A stretch of DNA of 64,000 bases, from positions 32,001-96,000 of the forward strand of contig JBCNUU010000004.1 in NCBI GenBank assembly GCA_039630545.1. The letters are read 5' to 3'. The position numbers and the translations under genes are program-made. Every line of letters begins with the position of its first letter. Position 1 is the first letter of the stretch. The notes beneath the pieces were generated by a model. That model made no database searches, was not told the DNA's origin, and saw only the letters and a program-made list of their open reading frames with translations. Below are positions 58,798-64,000 of the stretch, one piece after another. Origin of the DNA: Endomicrobiia bacterium. GTDB lineage: Bacteria; Elusimicrobiota; Endomicrobiia; DTEH01.

Positions 58798-59957
58798 CAA
58801 TAAAGAGCAACATATTTTTCTATAATTTTTTCTATAGATAACGAATTTATATCAAAATTTTTGTTTATGCATTTTTTATAATTTTCTGGATTGTAATCTA
58901 AATAAAACTCTAAAATTTTAAAAGTAAATTCAGAGATTATTTTATTTCTTTTATTTTCAAGAGAGACTATATAATTTTTATCTAAATAATCAGATACCCC
59001 CTCAACACCTGTAGAAATCACAGGTTTTTTAAAATAAATAGATTCTAAAACCACATTTGGAGAACCTTCCCACCAGGAAGTAAGCAAAACTAAGTCAGAA
59101 GCATTTATGTAGTCATAGACATTTTCTTTATATCCTATGAATTTAACATTATTTTCCACATTAAGTTTTTTAGCATAATTTTTAAGAAAAACCATCATTT
59201 CTCCATCTCCAACTACTATAAAAATAAAATCTCTATTATATTTTTTCAATTGTATATATTCTGCAAAACTTTTTATCACTTCCAACAAAAGATCGTATCC
59301 TTTCTGAATGTGTAATCTTCCTACAGAGAGTACTAAGAAAGTGTCTTTTTTTATCCCTAAAGAAGACCTTATCTGTTGTGGAGAAAAAATAACCTTGAAT
59401 TCTTCTTTTAACAGAGCATTAGGAATTATTTCTATTTTATAGGGAGGAATTTTTTGTGAGGAAATTATAAAACTTTTAAGTTCATTAGAATTCACAGTAA
59501 TTTTATCAACAAAAAAATTGCTGAACCTTAACAAAAACTTCTGCCATTTTTTTTGTTTTTCTGCTACTCTTTCAGAACAAATTAGCTTTGTTTTCCATCT
59601 TAAAAGTTTTAAAAATCTGGCAAAAATATTTGCCTGAAATAAAAAACTATGAATTATTTCTGGCTTCTGTTTAAAAAATAAAAAAATAAGTTTTATTAAA
59701 GCAAAAGGAAAAAATAAAAAATTTAATAGAAAAAAGTCATGAAGTGACAAATCGTAAACTGGGATTTGGAGTTTTTCAAATTTTTTCCTGAATCTTCCTT
59801 TTCTTTTTAAAGATATTAAAAATATTTTATAACTGTAATTCTTTTTAAGAGTTTTTAAAAGAATATAAAGCTGCCTCTGAGTCCCACCATAATCAAGGGA
59901 AGTTATAATGTAAAATATAACTTTATTTTTTACTTTCAACTCTTTCAATGTATTCAC
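58794..59957 (-). CDS. Glycosyltransferase, family 4 (GT-B)
   Basis: GGTQRQL, VGRLHIQKG, EGSPNVVLES (EX7E). Confidence 0.9.
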   Translation of the reverse strand: MNTLKELKVKNKVIFYIITSLDYGGTQRQLYILLKTLKKNYSYKIFLISLKRKGRFRKKFEKLQIPVYDLSLHDFFLLNFLFFPFALIKLIFLFFKQKPEIIHSFLFQANIFARFLKLLRWKTKLICSERVAEKQKKWQKFLLRFSNFFVDKITVNSNELKSFIISSQKIPPYKIEIIPNALLKEEFKVIFSPQQIRSSLGIKKDTFLVLSVGRLHIQKGYDLLLEVIKSFAEYIQLKKYNRDFIFIVVGDGEMMVFLKNYAKKLNVENNVKFIGYKENVYDYINASDLVLLTSWWEGSPNVVLESIYFKKPVISTGVEGVSDYLDKNYIVSLENKRNKIISEFTFKILEFYLDYNPENYKKCINKNFDINSLSIEKIIEKYVALYC

Positions 59958-60498
59958 CAGTTCTAGTATCTACTTTTACTACATCTCCTACCTCTACAAA
60001 CAAAGGAACCAATATCTCAACTCCTGTTTCCAATGTGGCTGGCTTCATCACATTACTCACACTATCTCCGCGAATTCCTGGAACAGTATGAATAACTTTA
60101 AGTTCTACTGCAATAGGAAGTTCTACTCCTAAAAATTCCTCGTTAAGGTATAGACCTTCTACCTCTAAGTTTTCTTTTAAAAACTTAGCTGCTTCGCCAA
60201 GCTGTTTTTTAGGAATTTGAATTTCTTCAAAAGTTTCCATGTCCATAAAGACAAAATTATCTCCTGCTTGATACATGTATTGTTTCTTTTTTCTTACAAG
60301 ATCAACTGTTTCAAATTTTTCTCCTGATTTAAATGTTCTTTCTATTATGCTGCCTGTCCTAATGTTTCTTAACTTAGTTCTCATTACAGCACCACCCTTA
60401 CCTGGCTTGTGATGCTGATACCACAAAATAGAATAAATCTCGTTATCAACCTTAATACACAAACCTTCCTTAAACTCAGAAGTGTCAATTGTAACCAT
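59923..60498 (-). CDS. efp: Elongation factor P
   Basis: KPGKGGA, FMDMETFE, KPATLETG, VDTRTGEY. Confidence 0.97.
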   Translation of the reverse strand: MVTIDTSEFKEGLCIKVDNEIYSILWYQHHKPGKGGAVMRTKLRNIRTGSIIERTFKSGEKFETVDLVRKKKQYMYQAGDNFVFMDMETFEEIQIPKKQLGEAAKFLKENLEVEGLYLNEEFLGVELPIAVELKVIHTVPGIRGDSVSNVMKPATLETGVEILVPLFVEVGDVVKVDTRTGEYIERVESKK

Positions 60499-60645
60499 AA
60501 TTCATCACCTCCTTTTATTCAAGGAACATTCAATGTTTTTTTAAAAAATATAAAAAGAGAAATTTGATATCAACTATTTTAAAAACTTATATAAAGAACT
60601 GTTAAGTTTTAATTCTATAAAAGTTAAAGTTGGGAGATAAATAAA

Positions 60646-61668
60646 TTATACAATATAAGAAGATAAAATTTCATAGTAATTTTCTTTACAAAGAATATCA
60701 TCTTCTATTCTTAAACCAAATTTATTATTAAAGTATATACCTGGTTCTATAGTTACAACCATACCTTCTTTAAGAATGCTTTCATCTTTTGAAGATATCC
60801 TAGGTGACTCATGAACTTCAATGCCAATTCCATGACCTGTGGAATGTAAATAATTTTTTTCTAAACCTATTTTCCTAAAATATTCCTTTGCGAATATATC
60901 TATGTCTTTTACTTTGGTTCCTTTTTTACACATAGAAATTAAGTTTTGTTGTAAGAATTTTAATTTAAAATACAACTCTTTAATTTTCGGATGTTTATCT
61001 AAATTATACATTCTGGTTATATCACAACAATAACCATTATATTTACATCCAATATCTATTAGTATAATGCTTTCTTTTTTAAATTTCTTGTTGGTTGGAA
61101 TATGGTGTGGATAAGAAGTGTTGCTATCAAAGGCTACTATCGGATCAAATGCTGGCTCTACATTATTTTCTATAAATTTCTTTAATATAAAATTTTTTAC
61201 TTCAACTTCTTTTACACCTACTTTTATAAATTCTTTTACCTCTTTTAAAATTTTTTGTGTAATTTTTAGTGCCTGTTTTATGTTTTTTATCTCCTCCTCA
61301 CTTTTTATTTTTCTTAGATTAATTATTATATCACTAAACACAACATTAAAATGTTTTCTTAAAATTTTGTAATCTTTAACTGGAATATTATCAGTGTCTA
61401 AAAGCAACAGTTTATTTTTTATATCAAGATTCAAAACCTGTTTTACCAGATTTTCGCCTATAACTATGTGGTTTTGATTAAAAATTTTCTTTATCTGTCC
61501 ATAAAACATCTCAGATGTTAAAACTTTAACAGAATTTTTAGAAATTGCTAAACAATAACCATTATAATTTTTACCAGTTAAATAAAATAAATTATTGTTA
61601 TTTAATACTAACAGAACATTATTATTATCAAGAAGTTTCTGGATTGAACTTATTTTTTCTGTAACCAT
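60646..61668 (-). CDS. Xaa-Pro peptidase (M24B)
   Basis: PHH, DIG..YCCDITR, HSTGHGIGIEVHE, EPGIY, RIEDD. Confidence 0.92.
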   Translation of the reverse strand: MVTEKISSIQKLLDNNNVLLVLNNNNLFYLTGKNYNGYCLAISKNSVKVLTSEMFYGQIKKIFNQNHIVIGENLVKQVLNLDIKNKLLLLDTDNIPVKDYKILRKHFNVVFSDIIINLRKIKSEEEIKNIKQALKITQKILKEVKEFIKVGVKEVEVKNFILKKFIENNVEPAFDPIVAFDSNTSYPHHIPTNKKFKKESIILIDIGCKYNGYCCDITRMYNLDKHPKIKELYFKLKFLQQNLISMCKKGTKVKDIDIFAKEYFRKIGLEKNYLHSTGHGIGIEVHESPRISSKDESILKEGMVVTIEPGIYFNNKFGLRIEDDILCKENYYEILSSYIV

Positions 61669-62753
61669 TGTTTAAGAAAAGAAATACTTTCAAGAATATC
61701 TTCCTGTGAAATATTCTCAAATGTTTTTACTTCTCCTATTCTAATAGGTAAAACAAATCTATAATTTTTTTGATAAACTTTTTTATCAAATTTAATAAAT
61801 TTAAATACTTCTCTTTCAGGAATGTTCAACAAATTATTATTAAATTTTTGATTTTTTGTGTAAGTATTAATTAACTCCAGAATCATATCGAAATCTTTCT
61901 TGGGTAAAATTTTAAGTCTGAAAGATAGATAGCTTTCTGCAATTAAACCTAAAATAACAGCTTCACCATGAGAATAAATTTTGTAACGATTTGAAGCTTC
62001 TATAGCATGGGCGATGGTATGTCCTAAGTTTAACTTTTCTCTTATTGTTGTTTTTTCCTTTTCATCTTTTTTAACAATTTCAAGTTTTGTTTTTATACAT
62101 TCAAAAATTAAATCTTTAGAAAAAGTTTCAAACTTAATTATTAGTTCGCCAAAAAAAATTTCTTTTTTAGAATTTAGAAGATCAAAAATTTTTTTGTTCA
62201 AAATTGAGTATTTCAAAACTTCTCCAAGACCATTATATATTTCCTTTAATGGCAGACTCTTTAATAAACTGACATCACAAAAAATAATTCTTGGTTGATA
62301 AAAACTGCCAACTAAATTTTTCCCATATTTTAAGTTTATAGCTGTCTTTCCTCCAATTGAAGAATCTACCATCGCAAGAAGAGTGGTAGGAATCTGAATA
62401 TATTCTATACCTCGCATATAAATCGAAGACACAAAACCCACAAGATCTCCTAAAACACCTCCACCAAATATTAAGACTAAACTTTTTCTGTCTACCTTAA
62501 AGTTTAAAAATTTATAAAGTACTAACTCAACGAATTTTAAAGATTTTATTTTTTCTCCCTCTGGCAAAAATAATACCTTACAGTCAAAATTAGTAAACTT
62601 ATTTTTATATAAATCCCATAATTTCTTATGAGTAACCAATAACAAATTTGTATAATTAAGGTTTTCTTTTTTTATTACATAAGGAAGCTGCTCTAAGCAT
62701 TCCAAATAAACAGATATATCTTTTGTATCTTTAAGTTTTATCTCTGTTTTCAT
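61650..62753 (-). CDS. aroB: 3-dehydroquinate synthase
   Basis: GGGVLGDL, PTTLLAMVDSSIGGKT, LNLGHT, HGEAV. Confidence 0.95.
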   Translation of the reverse strand: MKTEIKLKDTKDISVYLECLEQLPYVIKKENLNYTNLLLVTHKKLWDLYKNKFTNFDCKVLFLPEGEKIKSLKFVELVLYKFLNFKVDRKSLVLIFGGGVLGDLVGFVSSIYMRGIEYIQIPTTLLAMVDSSIGGKTAINLKYGKNLVGSFYQPRIIFCDVSLLKSLPLKEIYNGLGEVLKYSILNKKIFDLLNSKKEIFFGELIIKFETFSKDLIFECIKTKLEIVKKDEKEKTTIREKLNLGHTIAHAIEASNRYKIYSHGEAVILGLIAESYLSFRLKILPKKDFDMILELINTYTKNQKFNNNLLNIPEREVFKFIKFDKKVYQKNYRFVLPIRIGEVKTFENISQEDILESISFLKQWLQKK

Positions 62754-62755
62754 TT

Positions 62756-63268
62756 TTAAAGTCTGGTGCGAAGATATTCAAAAATATTATTTACTACTTC
62801 TTGTATTGACAAGTTATCTGTATTTATTCTAAAATCACAATTCTTATAATATTCTTCTCTCTGATTAAGAAGTCTTTTTATTTCTTCTAAAGGGTTAGGT
62901 TTATTAAGTAATGGCCTTATTCCTGGTTGTTTTTTTAGTCTTTCATATATCACTTCAGGACTTGCATATAGGTTAATAACTATTCCGTTTCTTCTTAAAT
63001 TTTCCATATTTTCTTTTCTTATAACCACTCCTCCACCTGTAGAGATAACGGTTTTGTCTCTTTCGGACACTTCTTTTACTACATCTGATTCCACATCTCT
63101 AAAATAATTTTCACCAAACTTATTAAAAATTTCTGAAATTGTAAGTCCTAGCTTTTTTTCAATAATTTCATCTGTATCAACATAATCATATCCAAGAATG
63201 TCTTTAAGTCTTGTTCCTACAGAAGTTTTTCCACTACACATGAAACCTGTAAGAACTATATTGACCAT
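62756..63268 (-). CDS. aroK: Shikimate kinase
   Basis: GFMCSGKTS, GENYFR, TGGG, RPLL. Confidence 0.95.
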   Translation of the reverse strand: MVNIVLTGFMCSGKTSVGTRLKDILGYDYVDTDEIIEKKLGLTISEIFNKFGENYFRDVESDVVKEVSERDKTVISTGGGVVIRKENMENLRRNGIVINLYASPEVIYERLKKQPGIRPLLNKPNPLEEIKRLLNQREEYYKNCDFRINTDNLSIQEVVNNIFEYLRTRL

Positions 63269-63875
63269 CTATTGCTCCTGTGGCTTTTAAAAATTCTAAA
63301 GCAATAACAAAATGTCCCTGCAAAGTAGGATGAATACCATCTGCAGCCCAGTATTCAGGTGACTTTATTTTTGATAACTTTTCAAATATGCTGTAGAGTG
63401 GAACAACTATTCCGTTATATTTTTTTGACAAAAATTTAACTATCTCACATTTTTCTTCAACAGATTTTTTAATCTTTCTGTGATATTTATCTATCTCTAA
63501 AATGAAAGGTTCCATCAGGATAAAGTATGGATTTTTTAATTTTTGTTTTGATAATTTTAAAATTTCTTCATAACTTTTAAGGTAATCATCATTAGATATA
63601 TTTTTGTTACAATCATTTATACCTATAAGAATAGATATCACATCCGCACCTAAATCTATACAATCATCTACCCAACGATTTTTAAGATCTAAAACAGTAT
63701 CACCAGATATACCTCTGTTAAAAAATTCTAATTCTAACTGTGGATAAATCGCCTTTAACCATGCAGCAACTATAAAAACATAACCTTCTCCCAACCCAGA
63801 ACTGCTATAATTCCTGTTTGAATCTGTGATGCTATCTCCCTGGAATAAAATTTTTTGTTTATACTTAAATATCAT
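63234..63875 (-). CDS. SGNH/GDSL hydrolase
   Basis: GDSIT, NRGISG, GIND, DGIHP. Confidence 0.92.
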   Translation of the reverse strand: MIFKYKQKILFQGDSITDSNRNYSSSGLGEGYVFIVAAWLKAIYPQLELEFFNRGISGDTVLDLKNRWVDDCIDLGADVISILIGINDCNKNISNDDYLKSYEEILKLSKQKLKNPYFILMEPFILEIDKYHRKIKKSVEEKCEIVKFLSKKYNGIVVPLYSIFEKLSKIKSPEYWAADGIHPTLQGHFVIALEFLKATGAIDGQYSSYRFHV

Positions 63876-64000
63876 AGTTTTGATATTAATTTACAAAAGT
63901 TGTTAAAATTAATGATAGTTTCTTTAAGAGAGTCTCCACCAAATTTTTCAAGAAATTCTTCAGCTAAACAAATAGCCAACATAGCTTCAGCTATTACACT
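63872..64000 (-). CDS. aroC: Chorismate synthase, 3' end only
   Basis: Manual translation SVIAEAMLAICLAEEFLEKFGGDSLKE...KL-stop; upstream of aroK and aroB. Confidence 0.85.
   Translation of the reverse strand, partial: SVIAEAMLAICLAEEFLEKFGGDSLKETIINFNNFCKLISKL

Noticed and set aside
1670..62298. Numerous short ORFs in the track antisense to real genes (for example 1670..2233, 45654..46037, 49813..50208, 28719..29123)
   Set aside because: They lie inside well-supported genes on the opposite strand and have no recognisable motifs; these are shadow ORFs.
1..64000. tRNA, rRNA, CRISPR array, prophage or defence genes
   Set aside because: No intergenic gap exceeds about 150 bp, I saw no GC-rich structured RNA or spaced direct repeats, and all long ORFs have housekeeping or energy-metabolism assignments.

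Overview
A 64-kb, very AT-rich (visually well under one-third G+C), gene-dense core-chromosome segment from a Gram-negative (kdsA/kdsB), probably anaerobic bacterium. My impression of an Elusimicrobiota/Endomicrobiia-like organism is unverified. All genes are on the minus strand except two polyamine genes. Contents: housekeeping runs (argCJ, nadC, uvrB, surE, rny, rarA, zapA, dapL, folK, pdxA, serA, priA, split coaC/coaB, rpoZ-like, kdsAB, rpsB-tsf-pyrH-frr-uppS-cdsA-dxr-rseP, efp, aroCKB), a ferredoxin-porCDAB-rnfCDGEAB operon, and a 17-gene, 13-kb Mrp/Mbh-type group 4 [NiFe]-hydrogenase operon. I saw no rRNA, tRNA, CRISPR array or transposase. Most notable: (1) zapA is bracketed by a 37-bp near-perfect inverted repeat, so the 3' UTR of its mRNA is complementary to its whole predicted 5' UTR, SD and start codon; (2) the membrane hydrogenase carries three antiporter-like subunits plus a sulfhydrogenase-type NAD(P)H module and sits behind a Rex-type box; (3) a second, perfect Rex-type box precedes an aminotransferase-serA operon whose first gene has a 1-nt frameshift; (4) PriA looks helicase-dead.
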